Source: an uncultured Spirochaetota bacterium | GTDB taxonomy: Bacteria > Spirochaetota > Spirochaetia > SZUA-6 > CAVTHK01 | DNA length: 64,000 nucleotides | Direction: 5' to 3' | NCBI GenBank assembly: GCA_963734495.1 | Contig: CAVTHK010000006.1 | Span: 1-64,000, forward strand | Part shown: piece by piece, positions 43,232 through 57,208 of the stretch | Position numbering within the stretch: the stretch's first letter is position 1 | Layout of the letters: each line of letters begins with the position of its first letter | Program-made: the position numbers and the translations under genes | Notes under the pieces: generated by a model | Databases searched by the model: none | Told to the model about the DNA's origin: nothing | The model's input: the letters and a program-made list of their open reading frames with translations, nothing else

Positions 43232-44612
43232 TCAGCCCTGGCCCGCACTGCCCGCCGGGCTGGACAGCGCGTAGCGCGCGGCCTCGCCCATGAGGCGCAG
43301 CGCCTCCGCGATGCGCTCGCTCTCCTCGAAGCCGTAGGAGATGCGCAGCTGGCGGCGGCCCGCCTCGACGAGCGAGCCCTTCCGGTGGACGCAGATCTCG
43401 CCGGGGATGTAGATCACGCGCGGCAGCGGCGCGCCCGGAGGGCCGTCGACCGCGGAGTCGCCCGTGCGCCGGGTGAGGAAACGGAAGAAGGGGCTGCGCT
43501 CGTGCGTCTCGACTCCGGCGAGAGTCAGGTAGAAGTAGAAGCCCGCGCGCCCCCCGCGGCACTCCTCGACCAGGCCGCCCAGGTGCCGCCTGATGTCCGC
43601 GGAGGCCGCCAGCGCCTTCTCGCGGTAGCCGGCGCGCACTCTCGCGATCTGAGCGTCGATGGCGTTGTCCAGCAGCCAGCTCGCGATCTCCTGGTTGACC
43701 AGCGGCGCGCTGAAGCCGAGGTCGCTCGTGCTCTGAACCACGGCGTCGAGCAGGGGCCCGTCGCGGCCCACGAGGTAGCCGATGCGCAGACCGGGGGCGA
43801 GGATCTTCGACAGCGTGCCGAGCTCGTACACCAGCCCCGCCTCGTCCCACGCGAAGCCCGACGCGGGCGCCGCGACGGCCGGATCGTGCACCAGGTCCTC
43901 GTACGCGCGGTCGAAGACCACCGGCACGCGGCGGCCCAGCGCGCGCGAGAGGCGCGTGGCGAGGCGCACAATGCCTTCGCGCTCCCGGTCGGCGAGGATC
44001 GTGGAAGTCGGGTTGCTCACGGTCACGAAATAGAAGAAGGACACCTCGGACTGCACCGGCCCGAGCGCGGCCACCGCGGCTTCGACGTCCGCGGCGTGAA
44101 CGCCGTCTGCGGCTTTCGGGCACGGCGAGGACGCGGAAGCCCTTGCGCTCCAGGGTGTTGCAGTAGATGTAGTACATCGGGTCGGTGGTCACGACGATGC
44201 CCGGCGGCAGGGAGTCCGCGAGCGAGGCGAGGAGGCTGGTGACCCCATTGGCGCCGACGACGATGCGCCGGTCTGCGAGCAGCCGCTCGTCGAGGCCGCC
44301 GGCCTGGTGGCGGAGAAGGTAGCTTCGGATGGAGGCGATCAGGTTGGGCGAGCCGGCGGGGCCGCCGTAGTTGAGCGCGTTCCTGTACCGGACCGGGTCT
44401 GCCAGCACCTGCTCGAGCGCCTCGAGCACCAGGCCGCGCGGGATGGTGTGCTCGTTCACGTAGCCGACGCCGAGGTTGATGTCGACGTCCTCGCGGAAGT
44501 CGGCGGCGAACTCCGCCATCATGCGAGCTACGGGCGCGGGGGCCCGCGACGCCCACCCGTAGGCCGAAAGCGATTCCCCGAGCTGCAGAGTGCCGCTCCC
44601 TGTCAACGCCAT
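43232..44612 (-). CDS. PLP-dependent class I/II aminotransferase, frameshift near 44110
   Basis: [44 protein letters not shown]. Confidence 0.88.
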
Positions 44613-44683
44613 GCGGCGATCCTACCACGCAGCCGGCGGGCGGGCCAACGGCCCGGATCCCGCGCGCGGACGCATCCGCGGAG

Positions 44684-46341
44684 CTACAACAGACTCTCGC
44701 GCCCGAGCCCGAAGAAGCGGTTGACGAAGAACAGGCTCAGTCCCGTGACCGCGAGAAGGATCGTCGACATCGCGGAAGCGGGCCCGAAGTAGCCGTCGAG
44801 CACCGAGAGGTAGATGCGGATGGGCATCGTCATCGTGTGCCCCACGTAGAGAAGGATCGAGGCCGAGATCTCGTTGATGGCCGTGACCCAGCTCAGGATC
44901 GCGCCCGAGATGACCCCCGGAAGCATGAGAGGCAGCGTCACCTTGCGGAACGTGCGCGCGGGCGGCGCTCCGAGGTTGATGCCGGCCTCCTCGAGCGCCG
45001 GGTCGATCTGCTTGAGAATCGAGGCGCCCGAGCGCACCGCGTACGGAAGGCGCCTGATGAAGTACGCGAGGATCACGATCGTCGCTGTGCCCAGCAGGAA
45101 CAGCGGCTTGCGGTTGAACGCGATGATGAACCCGATGCCGATCACTGTTCCGGGCACGATGTACGGAATCATGAGCAGGGGATCCAGAACCTGGGCCGGG
45201 GCGGTCTTGCGGCGGCTGATGACAAAACCGAGCAGGGTGCCGATGACGACGATGAGCGACCACGGATGCGGTCGAGAAGAGAAGGCTGTTCGTGATGGTC
45301 TTGGGGACCTCGTGGAAGACCCTCGCGTAGCTCTCCGAGACTGAGCCCCGGCTGGAAAACCGGCCCCCTGGTTCTGCGGAACGAGAAGTACACGACGATC
45401 GCGAGGGGGATCGCGCTCAGGCCCACGATCAGGTAGCTCACAAAGTGCGCCCAGAAAGCCGGGAGGCCGTGAAGACGCTTGACGACCGGGCGATTGATCA
45501 GCGTGCTGGAGTACTTGCGCCGTCCCGCGGCGTACCGCTGCAGGAAGATCACGGCGGAGGCGCACAGGATGAGGAAGATGCTGACGGTCGAGGCGAGGCC
45601 CGGGCGCTCTCCGACCTCGCTGGTGAACAGGTTGTAGGCAAGCGTCGGCAGGACCCGGTAGTTCGCCGCCGATGATCATCGGCGTGTCGAAGTTGGACAG
45701 ACACATCATGAAGACGAGCAGCGCGCCCGCGGTGACGGACGGGAGGACCAGGGGCAGGGTGACGCGGAAGAACTTGCGGAGCCCCCTGGCCCCCAGGTTC
45801 TCCGCCGCCTCCTCGAGCGAGCGGTCGACCGTGGACAGCGCCCGACGACGCGAGGAGGAACACGTACGGGTAGTGATGCAGCGCGTAGACCAGGATGATC
45901 CCGACCGGACCGTAGATCGGCGGGAGCTGCAGCCCGATGTCGAGGAGCGCCGTGCGAAGAACCCCCGAGCGGCCCAGGAGGATGATCCAGGAGTAGGCGC
46001 CGATGAACGGCGGCGACAGCAGCGCGAGAACGGCAAACGTCGCGAGGATCGAGCGGCCGGCGATGCGGAAGCGCGTCGTCAGGAACGCGAGCGGCACGCC
46101 GAGGAGAGTGGCGCCGATCGTGCCGCCCACGGCGACCACGATCGTGTTGAGAAACGCGACCCGGTAGTAGCTCTTCCCGAAGAACTCGCGCGTAGTTGGC
46201 GAGGGAGAGCGCGCCGGTCTCCTTGTCCAGGAAGCTGAACTTGAAGATGTTGACGAGCGGGTAGACCAGGAAGAAGGCGACAATCGCGTAGCCGAGGACC
46301 GTGACAAACGTCCAGAAGCCCGGCCGTTCCCCGCGTCTCAC
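44684..46341 (-). CDS. Fe3+/AfuB-type ABC transporter permease (double), about 5 frameshifts
   Basis: Two EAA motifs (LEEAAENLGA, LEEAGINLGA), PPFIGAYSW, PGTVIG in alternating frames. Confidence 0.88.
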
Positions 46342-47414
46342 AGGCGCATCCCCGTCGGGGCGTCAAAGGCGTAGACCACGGCCTCGGGGACCTCGACCCG
46401 CACGGACGCCCCGGCCGCGATGATGTCGCTCGAGACCGGACGGTGGCGCTCGACGGTGAGCGTGAGCCCTTCTCCGCAGTCGACCACATAGCTGACCAGC
46501 GAGCCCGTAAAAGTGCTCGACCGCAGAACTCCCGGTATGGTGGAGACGCCGGCCCCCTCGGGGGCTCCTCCCGCCGTGATCGAGAGATCTTCGGGCCGGA
46601 AAGCGATCCGGACCCTGCCGGCTCCGGTCCGCAGGCCCCGGCAGCGGATCACGTGCGAGCCTGCCCGCACTCCGCCGTCCGCAGGCTCGCCGTCGACGAA
46701 GTTCATGCTCCCGACAAAGGAGGCCACAAAGGTGTTCCTCGGGTTCTTGTAGATCTCCCAGGGCGGCCCCACCTGCTGCACCACCCCGCCCTTCATCACG
46801 GCGATCCGGTCGGAGATGACGAGCGCCTCCTCCTGGTCGTGAGTGACATAGACGGTGGTGATCCCGAGCGCGCGCTGGATGTCGCGTATCTCGGTGCGCA
46901 TCTCGATCCGGAGCTTGGCGTCCAGGTTCGACAGCGGCTCGTCCATGAGCAGCACGCGCGGCTCGATCACCATGGCCCGCGCGAGCCCGACCCTCTGCTG
47001 CTGACCGCCCGAGAGCTGATCCGGCGTGCGGCGCTCGTAGCCCGCGAGGCGCGCCATGGACAGGGCGCGTTCGACTCTCCCGGCGAGCTCGCTGCCGGAG
47101 ACCTTGCGGTTGCGCAGCCCGAAGGCCACGTTCTCGAACACGGTCATGTGAGGAAAGACGGCGTAGTTCTGGAAGACCATGCCCGTGTCCCGCCGATAGG
47201 GCGGCACGGAGTCGATGCACTCCTCGCCGACGTACACGTGGCCCGCATCCTGCACGTAGAAGCCGGCGATCGTGCGCAGCAGCGTCGTCTTCCCGCAGCC
47301 GCTCGGCCCGAGGAGCGTGAAGAGCTCGCCGCTTTCGATGGCGAGCGATACTTCCTGCAGCGCCTTGACCCCCGGAAAGGTCTTCGAAATCCCTTCAAGC
47401 CTGATCGACGCCAT
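46338..47414 (-). CDS. ABC transporter ATP-binding protein (FbpC/PotA type)
   Basis: GPSGCGKT, LSGGQQQR, MDEPLSNLD, YVTHDQ. Confidence 0.95.
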   Translation of the reverse strand: MASIRLEGISKTFPGVKALQEVSLAIESGELFTLLGPSGCGKTTLLRTIAGFYVQDAGHVYVGEECIDSVPPYRRDTGMVFQNYAVFPHMTVFENVAFGLRNRKVSGSELAGRVERALSMARLAGYERRTPDQLSGGQQQRVGLARAMVIEPRVLLMDEPLSNLDAKLRIEMRTEIRDIQRALGITTVYVTHDQEEALVISDRIAVMKGGVVQQVGPPWEIYKNPRNTFVASFVGSMNFVDGEPADGGVRAGSHVIRCRGLRTGAGRVRIAFRPEDLSITAGGAPEGAGVSTIPGVLRSSTFTGSLVSYVVDCGEGLTLTVERHRPVSSDIIAAGASVRVEVPEAVVYAFDAPTGMRL

Positions 47415-47570
47415 CTCCCCGCCCCAACGAGTGCCATTGAGCTGAAATGAGCGCGTGCCGCCGCCGGGGCCCCGCGGAGACCCTCCGCGGGGCGGACCCG
47501 GGGCAGGCGGCACCGAGCCTGTCGGACTTACGGCAGGCGGTCGCTCGCGCCCCTGCCGGTTGTCCCGGCG

Positions 47571-47614
47571 CCCGGCGAGTACGCCGGGTCAAAGCCTGGC
47601 GGGTACGCCAGGTC
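47571..47614. repeat. Two tandem REP-like hairpins
   Basis: CCCGGCG-AGTA-CGCCGGG-TC and CCTGGCG-GGTA-CGCCAGG-TC. Confidence 0.7.
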
Positions 47615-47640
47615 AGGGCACACGGCGGACCGCGGCCGGG

Positions 47641-48623
47641 CTAGAACCCGAGCTCCATCTTCAGATCGTTGAACCTTTTCAGGTACACGTCTTTGTTCCG
47701 GGCGGCCGCGCCAAAGTCATACGGAAGGGTCTTGACCTGGCTGAGCGCGGGAAGCCCCGGAGGGCTCTTGCCGTCGATGCGCACGGGCCGGCGCAGCATC
47801 TTGTCCACGAGAAAGTCCTGCGTGCGCCTTCGACAGGCACCAGTCGATAAAGATCTTTGCGGCGTCCGGGTGCGGAGCGCCCTTGACGAGCGCGATCCCG
47901 TCGGGCGCCGCGATCACGCCCTCCTCGGGGTAGACGATCTTGACCGGGCCGCCGCCCTGCACAAAGCGGAACGCGTTGTCCTCGAGGGTGATGCCGATGG
48001 CCGCCTCGCCGTCGTTCACGTACCTCGGCACCGCGCCGGAGCTCGACGGAAATGAAGAAGTTGGCCGCGATCCCCCTGTAGGTGTCCCATCCCCTGTCCT
48101 TGAACGCGAGGAGGACGTTGTTGAGCTGCATGTACGAAGAGCCGGACTTGTCGGGCGTCGCCGAGCTGATCTTGCCCTTCCACTTCTTGTCGAGCAGGTC
48201 CGCCCACTTCTTCGGCATCTGGCTCTCCGGGACGAGCTTTGTGTTGACGATCAGCACGTTCATGATGCCGGTGTAGGGCAGCCAGTTCGTCCCGACCTTG
48301 AACACGGGGTCGATCTTGTCCCAGTCCTTGGGCACGTAGCCCTCGAGCACGTTGTTGCTCGCCTCGAGCTGCTCCCCGCCGATGCTCCAGATCACGTCGC
48401 ACTGCGGGTTGTTCGCCTCGGCGACGACCCGCTTGATGACGTCGCCCGAAGCGAGCTTGACGAACTCCAGCGTGATGCCCGTGTCGGCCTTGAACCGCGG
48501 CACCATGCCGGCGATGATGTCGTCCTCGTGCGCCGTGTAGGCCACGACCTTCCTCGCCTGCGCGCCCAGCCCGACCAGCGACACGACGAGCAGAACCCCC
48601 AGAACCCACGCACGCTTTCTCAT
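47641..48623 (-). CDS. AfuA/FbpA-type ABC solute-binding protein, frameshifts near 48045 and 47820
   Basis: Signal peptide, EANNPQCDVIW, PKKWADLL, PDKSGSSY, VYPEEG, FIDWCLS, ends ..KMELGF*. Confidence 0.88.
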
Positions 48624-48657
48624 CAAGGACTCCTTTCCCACGTTGTGAGCTTCCCCA

Positions 48658-49269
48658 TTATAAGGCGCGCCGGAGCTCCTGTAAAAGGCCCGTGCGGCCT
48701 TTCACGTAGTTGATCGTCGCGAATCCGAGCCGCCCGGCGGCCGAGCAGAACTCCGGCACGTCGTCGACGTACAGGCAGCTTGCGGCGGCGAGGCCGGTGT
48801 TGGCGAGCAGGTGCCGCCAGATCGCCGCGTCGGGCTTCATTGCGCCGACCTTGAAGGAGAAGACGAAGGCCTCGACGAGACTGACGATGTCCTCGCGCCC
48901 GAGCAGCCAGCGGGCGTGCGCGTAGGAAGTGTTGGAGAGAACGAAGATTCTCTTGCCGCGGCCCCGGGCCAGGCGCATCGCCTCGATCCCTTCGGCGTTC
49001 GCCTCGATCCCTTCGAGGAACTCGGCCAGAAACTCCTCGTAGGTCCAGGATCTCTCGCCTTCGATCCGCGCACGAATCCTCTGGAACTGCTCGCGCGAGT
49101 CCCAGACGCCGGTCTCGGCGCTCCGCTCGATCTCCGTTCCCCAGATGCCCCCGAGGATCTCCGCCGCGGAGAGCGGGGAGTGGCGAGCGAGGGCGGCGCA
49201 CATCGCCTGGCGGTCGATGGTCGCGAGGACGTTGCCGAAATCGAAGACGACGGCCTCAAGAGACGCCAT
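48658..49269 (-). CDS. HAD-superfamily phosphatase (YihX-like)
   Basis: VFDFGNV, LSNT, KPD, YVDD motifs. Confidence 0.9.
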   Translation of the reverse strand: MASLEAVVFDFGNVLATIDRQAMCAALARHSPLSAAEILGGIWGTEIERSAETGVWDSREQFQRIRARIEGERSWTYEEFLAEFLEGIEANAEGIEAMRLARGRGKRIFVLSNTSYAHARWLLGREDIVSLVEAFVFSFKVGAMKPDAAIWRHLLANTGLAAASCLYVDDVPEFCSAAGRLGFATINYVKGRTGLLQELRRAL

Positions 49270-49323
49270 GAGCGGCATCTTGTCCGGGGATGGAGACCCG
49301 GTCAAGCCGAGCCGGACGCGGCG

Positions 49324-50253
49324 CTACTTGAGCGCTTCGCCCGCGTCGAAGACCAGCGACCAGGCGGTGCGGCCCTCGAACTCCTGTTTTGTCCGGAAGA
49401 CCTTCTTGAGCCGCGGGGTGAGGCCCGCGTACACCGTGTCGGAGATCGACATCCCGCACGGCGTGGTTCCCTTCTTCTCGAGGTGGGCCGCGTAGTTGAC
49501 CACGTCGGAGACGATCCGCCCGGTGTCGCATGCGAACTTGACGTCACCCGCGTCCATCCCGATCCGCAGCGCGATGTCCTCCTTGATCGGTTTCTCGCGC
49601 AGGTTGAACGCGTACAGCGAGACAAGGATGTCGAGGCAGCACAGGACCGCGGTCGACGTGTCCTTGCGGTAGCGGAAGGCGGCGAGGCCGCCGTCCCCCG
49701 CCCACGACCAGATGCGGCCGTCGCACTCAGCCAGCTTCTGCCGCAGGTAGTCCCACAGCTCGTAGTAGACCTTCTCCATGACGCCGGGCGAATACTTCTT
49801 GACCAGGAGCGAGTTGCCGCAGATGTCGACAGAGACCGCGACGATCGGGTATTCCTTGCCGTCGCGCAGCGCGCCCCAGTTGGGCAGCAGGCTCTTGTCG
49901 GCCGACACCTTGACGAGCTTGCGCTTGCCGAAATCGAAGTACACGCCGGTCTGGGAGAGCTTGTAGAGAAAGCTCTCCAGGTTCGCGACCTCGACGATCC
50001 GGCCGTTCAGCAGGTTCCCGTCGAGCTGCGCCACGAGCGAGACGAGCTCGGTGACCTTGTTGTGCGCCTCGCACTCCGAGAGCAGCCTGCGCGCGGCGTT
50101 CAGCGGCGACACGGACATGCTGGCTGCCACGTTCTCCAGCCGGTGCGTGTCGTAGTCCGGGAACAGGCGGCGGCCGATGGCTTCGATGTCGTTGAATGTG
50201 AGGCTCTTACCCAGGATTTCGGCGAGGTCCGTGACGAGAGCACTATCTATCAT
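49324..50253 (-). CDS. Soluble class III nucleotide cyclase with N-terminal helical domain
   Basis: SVDICGNS, WAGDG, LRIGMDAG, SDVVNYAAHLE, ISDTVY. Confidence 0.8.
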   Translation of the reverse strand: MIDSALVTDLAEILGKSLTFNDIEAIGRRLFPDYDTHRLENVAASMSVSPLNAARRLLSECEAHNKVTELVSLVAQLDGNLLNGRIVEVANLESFLYKLSQTGVYFDFGKRKLVKVSADKSLLPNWGALRDGKEYPIVAVSVDICGNSLLVKKYSPGVMEKVYYELWDYLRQKLAECDGRIWSWAGDGGLAAFRYRKDTSTAVLCCLDILVSLYAFNLREKPIKEDIALRIGMDAGDVKFACDTGRIVSDVVNYAAHLEKKGTTPCGMSISDTVYAGLTPRLKKVFRTKQEFEGRTAWSLVFDAGEALK

Positions 50254-50326
50254 AGCGCGACTATAGCACTCGAGGGCTTGCCGCGCGAGAGAGACGCCGC
50301 GAAATTGTTCCGGCGGGGCGCCCGGC

Positions 50327-51331
50327 CTAGGCCTCCTTGGCGCCGCGCGCGAGCCGGCGCTGGGCTGACGCGTGCGCGGAGCGCCGGTTGCCCGCCTGCG
50401 ACAGGCGCTCGAGCTGCGCCTCGGAGAGCTCGACGTCGAGGCTCGCCAGGTTCTCGGTCATCTGCTCGGGCCGGCTCGCGGTCATCAGGGGGATCACCGG
50501 CGGCGGGCTCTGCACCATCCACGCATAGACGACCTGGTTCGGCGTCGCTCCCGCTTCGGAGGCGACCTCGCGCAGCACCTTGATCCTCAGGTCGGAGTCG
50601 GGCCCCTGGTACTGCTCGGGAAGCGCCTTGTCGCTCCTGGTGTAGGCGCCGCCGAGCAGCGGCGAGTAAGCCAGGATCGTGAGGCCGCGCGTGCGGCAGT
50701 AGTCGAGGAACTCGTCGTTGACGGCGGCGTGGGGGTCGTAGATGGCGCCCGCCTGCGGCCGCACGTAGGAGTAGCGCTGCTGGACGCAGCAGTACTGCGC
50801 CCACCCGCGCGAAGCGGCGAGCCAGCGCGCCTCCTCGAGGCGCCAGTCCGCCATGTTGCTGGCGCCCGCGTAGCGCACCTTGCCCGCCCGGATCAGCCTG
50901 TCGAACGCCTCCAGGCGCTCCTCGAGCGGGGCGACGCGGTCGTCCGCGTGCGTGTAGTAGAGGTCGATGACGTCGGTGCCGAGACGCTTGAGGCTCGCGT
51001 CGCACGCCCTCGCGATGTCGGCGCCGCGGAGGCCGAACTCGAGCCCGTCGACCGGGGTCGGAAACCCGACCTTGGAGGCGAGGAACAGGCTCCTGCGGTT
51101 GCGGCGATCCTTGATCCAGCGCCCGAGGACCGCCTCGCTCTCTCCGCCGCGAAACCCGGGCACCCAGCGGGCGTAGGCGTTGGCGGTGTCGAGAAACGTC
51201 CCGCCCGCCTCCACGTACATGTCGAGCAGCCTGTCGCTCATCTCCTCGCTCACGCTGCTTCCGAAGTACATGGTACCGAAGCACAGGGCGCTGACCTCTA
51301 CACCCGTGGCCCCCAGGGCAAGCTTCTTCAT
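50327..51331 (-). CDS. Aldo/keto reductase
   Basis: FGTMYFG, DTANAY, IDLYYTH, GKVRYAG, YSPLLGG. Confidence 0.92.
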   Translation of the reverse strand: MKKLALGATGVEVSALCFGTMYFGSSVSEEMSDRLLDMYVEAGGTFLDTANAYARWVPGFRGGESEAVLGRWIKDRRNRRSLFLASKVGFPTPVDGLEFGLRGADIARACDASLKRLGTDVIDLYYTHADDRVAPLEERLEAFDRLIRAGKVRYAGASNMADWRLEEARWLAASRGWAQYCCVQQRYSYVRPQAGAIYDPHAAVNDEFLDYCRTRGLTILAYSPLLGGAYTRSDKALPEQYQGPDSDLRIKVLREVASEAGATPNQVVYAWMVQSPPPVIPLMTASRPEQMTENLASLDVELSEAQLERLSQAGNRRSAHASAQRRLARGAKEA

Positions 51332-51504
51332 CTGCCGCTCCTTCCGCCCCGGACCCTCGTCCCGGCGCAAGGCAACTCATACCACTTCGAGGCAGGTCGA
51401 CTCAACTCGCCCATGGCGCCGACGCGGCCGCCGTGGTCCGGCATCTGTTCCCGGCGGGTCGGGCATGCTATCCTCGACCCGACGCCGCCCGGGAGGAAAT
51501 GCCG

Positions 51505-52734
51505 ATGTCGAACGAGAGCGTGCCTCTGGGCAAAAGGATCGCCGGGTTCTTCGGCCTGAATGCGAGCATGGTCGCCATGATCACGCTCGTCGTGTTCATC
51601 GGGCTCGGGGAAAAGATGGCCGAGCGCTTCCTTCCCCTGTACCTCCTCGCCCTCGGCGGCTCCGTCTACGCCGTCGGGTTCCTCAACGCGATGGACAACC
51701 TGCTGTCCGCCCTGTACTCGTTTCCCGGCGGTTGGGTGTCCGACCGCATCGGGTACAAGCGCGCGCTGATCCTCTTCACGCTCGTCGCGATGGCCGGCTA
51801 CCTGCTGGTGATCTTCGTCCCGACCTGGTGGGCCGTGCTCGTCGGCGCCGTCTTCTTCATCTCGTGGACCGCGATCTCGCTGCCGGCGGTCATGAGCCTG
51901 GTCGCGCAGGTCATGCCGACCGACCGGCGCATCATGGGCGTGACCGTGCACTCGTTCGTGCGCCGCATCCCCATGGCGCTCGGCCCGATCCTCGGCGGCG
52001 TGCTCATCGGCATCTACGGCAAGGTCGCCGGCGTGCGCCTCGCGTTCGTCGCGGCGCTCGCCCTGGGCGTCGTCGGCATCCTGTGCGTCCAGCTCCTGAT
52101 GAAGGACGAGACGAAAAAGAAGAAGGCGGCCTCCGGCAGCCTCCTCGCGAGCCTTCGGGGCATCAGCCCCGCCCTTCGCAACCTCCTCGTGTCGGACATC
52201 CTCATCCGGTTCGCCGAGCAGATCCCGTACGCGTTCGTCGTCGTGTGGGTCGTCGAGAACAACGGCCTGAGCGCGCTCGAGTTCGGCGTGCTCACGACGG
52301 TCGAGATGGTCACCGCGATGCTGGTCTACATCCCGGTGGCGTACCTGGCGGACCGGTCGACCAAGAAGCCCTTCGTGCTGATCACCTTTGGCTTCTTCAC
52401 GCTGTTCCCGCTGGTGCTGCTCGGGTCGCGCACGTTCCCGATGCTCGTCCTCGCGTTCGTGATCCGCGGCCTCAAGGAGTTCGGGGAGCCGACGCGCAAG
52501 GCGCTCATCATGGACCTCGCCCCCGAGGACGCGAAGGCCCTGACGTTCGGCGCGTACTACCTCGTGCGCGACGTGATCGTGTCGATCGCCGCGCTCTCGA
52601 GCGCGTTCCTGTGGAGCATCTCGCCCGCGACGAACTTTCTCGTCGCGGCGGCGTGCGGCGCGGTGGGCACGCTCGTGTTCGCCATCTTCGGCCGCAACGC
52701 GACCCGCGCGGAGGACGCACCACAAGCCGCCTGA
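51505..52734 (+). CDS. MFS transporter
   Basis: GGWVSDRIGYK motif A, 12 TM pattern. Confidence 0.9.
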   Translation: MSNESVPLGKRIAGFFGLNASMVAMITLVVFIGLGEKMAERFLPLYLLALGGSVYAVGFLNAMDNLLSALYSFPGGWVSDRIGYKRALILFTLVAMAGYLLVIFVPTWWAVLVGAVFFISWTAISLPAVMSLVAQVMPTDRRIMGVTVHSFVRRIPMALGPILGGVLIGIYGKVAGVRLAFVAALALGVVGILCVQLLMKDETKKKKAASGSLLASLRGISPALRNLLVSDILIRFAEQIPYAFVVVWVVENNGLSALEFGVLTTVEMVTAMLVYIPVAYLADRSTKKPFVLITFGFFTLFPLVLLGSRTFPMLVLAFVIRGLKEFGEPTRKALIMDLAPEDAKALTFGAYYLVRDVIVSIAALSSAFLWSISPATNFLVAAACGAVGTLVFAIFGRNATRAEDAPQAA

Positions 52735-53190
52735 GCGCGGGCGGCACGCGGCACCCGCAGCCTCTTGATCAGCGGCGATCTGTGCGCGTTACACGGACGC
52801 CAACTTTCTTGGGTCAAAGTGCGCGCATCAAAACTCACCGAGGCGCCATCGCGGCACGCTCCGGTGGTCCAGCCGGCCTGAAGCGCCGCACGGCGGCCGG
52901 CCTCTACCCGGAAGGGCTTTCGCCACTTCGCGTGGCGGAGCCGCGCGCGCGAAGCCTTGTGGGGCGCATCCGACCCGGCTTTCGACGCCGGGTTGTTCTC
53001 GCAGGAACTCCGCCGGCGAGCCGTGTCAGGTCCCGCCGGCCTTGCGGGGAAGTCGCGGCTTACGGAGCGGGCGGGCTGGGGCGGATAAGACCGCGCTCAG
53101 CGATGACGCAGGGAGCTCTCGCCGCGCGATGCGTCGCGACTCGAGAGAAGCCTGTCCTCGCCGATCAAGACACGCTATACTGGAGTCGGG

Positions 53191-53415
53191 ATGAGCTACA
53201 TCGACAGAATCACAATTGACCCGAATCGCCGCTCAGGGAAGCCGTGCATCCGTGGGACGCGCATCACCGTCTACGACGTGCTGGAGTACCTGGCTGGGGG
53301 CATGTCGATAGAAGAGATCCTGGCCGATTTCGTCGAGTTGCACCGAGAGGACATACAGGCGGTGCTTGAGTTCGCGGCCGATCGCGAGCGCCGACTCATG
53401 ACCGTCTCAGCATGA
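53191..53415 (+). CDS. DUF433 antitoxin (VapB45-like)
   Basis: RITIDP..SGKPCIRGTRITV..EEILADF..EDIQA. Confidence 0.93.
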   Translation: MSYIDRITIDPNRRSGKPCIRGTRITVYDVLEYLAGGMSIEEILADFVELHREDIQAVLEFAADRERRLMTVSA

Positions 53416-53756
53416 AGCTTCTGCTCGACGCGAACCTGTCTTGGAAGCTCGTCGCTGCCGCTCGCAGGTGGTTCCCGGGTTCGGAACACGTCGTCGCGGC
53501 CGGCCTTGGCGGGGCGACGGACCGAGACATCTGGGAGTACGCAAAGTCCAACGGGTTCGCCATTCTGTCGAAGGACACTGACTTTCGTCAGCTCAGCTTT
53601 CTATACGGCGCGCCGCCTAAGGTCATCTGGCTGAACATCGGCAATCGACCGACTTCTGAGATTGCAGCCATGCTCGAGCAGCAGCATGGGGCGGTGCAGC
53701 GCTTTGACGACTCGGCCGAGGCACTCCTCGTCATCGCTGCGGCAGAAAGGCTTTAG
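53412..53756 (+). CDS. DUF5615 PIN-like toxin (VapC45-like)
   Basis: MKLLLDANL, DRDIWEYA, SKDTDF, PPKVIWL; ATGA overlap. Confidence 0.92.
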   Translation: MKLLLDANLSWKLVAAARRWFPGSEHVVAAGLGGATDRDIWEYAKSNGFAILSKDTDFRQLSFLYGAPPKVIWLNIGNRPTSEIAAMLEQQHGAVQRFDDSAEALLVIAAAERL

Positions 53757-53802
53757 AGAGCGCGACGCGGCGATTTGCCGGACGACAGCGTACGCCCAGG
53801 GC

Positions 53803-57016
<3,214 letters not shown>

Positions 57017-57095
57017 GATGCCCTCGCTTCCATGGATGGAAGCGCCCGCGCGCACATGGACGTAGCAGCGCGCGGGCAGCCTCGAAGCGTGGTCA

Positions 57096-57124
57096 ATGAT
57101 ACCATACATTTGTTTGGTATTCAA
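57096..57124 (-). promoter_or_regulatory. dnaE2 promoter TTGAAT-N17-TATCAT with candidate LexA box (57103-57116) in spacer
   Basis: Plus strand CATACATTTGTTTG; same register as the lexA promoter box. Confidence 0.8.
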
Positions 57125-57208
57125 GAGCAGCGACGGCACGCTCGCGGGCGGACAGCGTGCAGTGTACAATCGGCACGAAAAGTCTTGGATCCAAAAGGAA
57201 GGGAATTC

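Noticed and set aside
42258-44612. Apparent aminotransferase-EamA fusion (784-aa ORF)
   Set aside because: The middle is out-of-frame junk; the aminotransferase catalytic half lies in another frame ending at 43232
49324-50253. Pycsar/CBASS defence system
   Set aside because: No cyclic-nucleotide-binding TIR or TM effector next to the cyclase
53036-53085. SRP RNA-like string GAGCCGTGTCAGGTCC...GGAAG
   Set aside because: Lacks the GNRA tetraloop and the AGCA strand of the conserved symmetric loop
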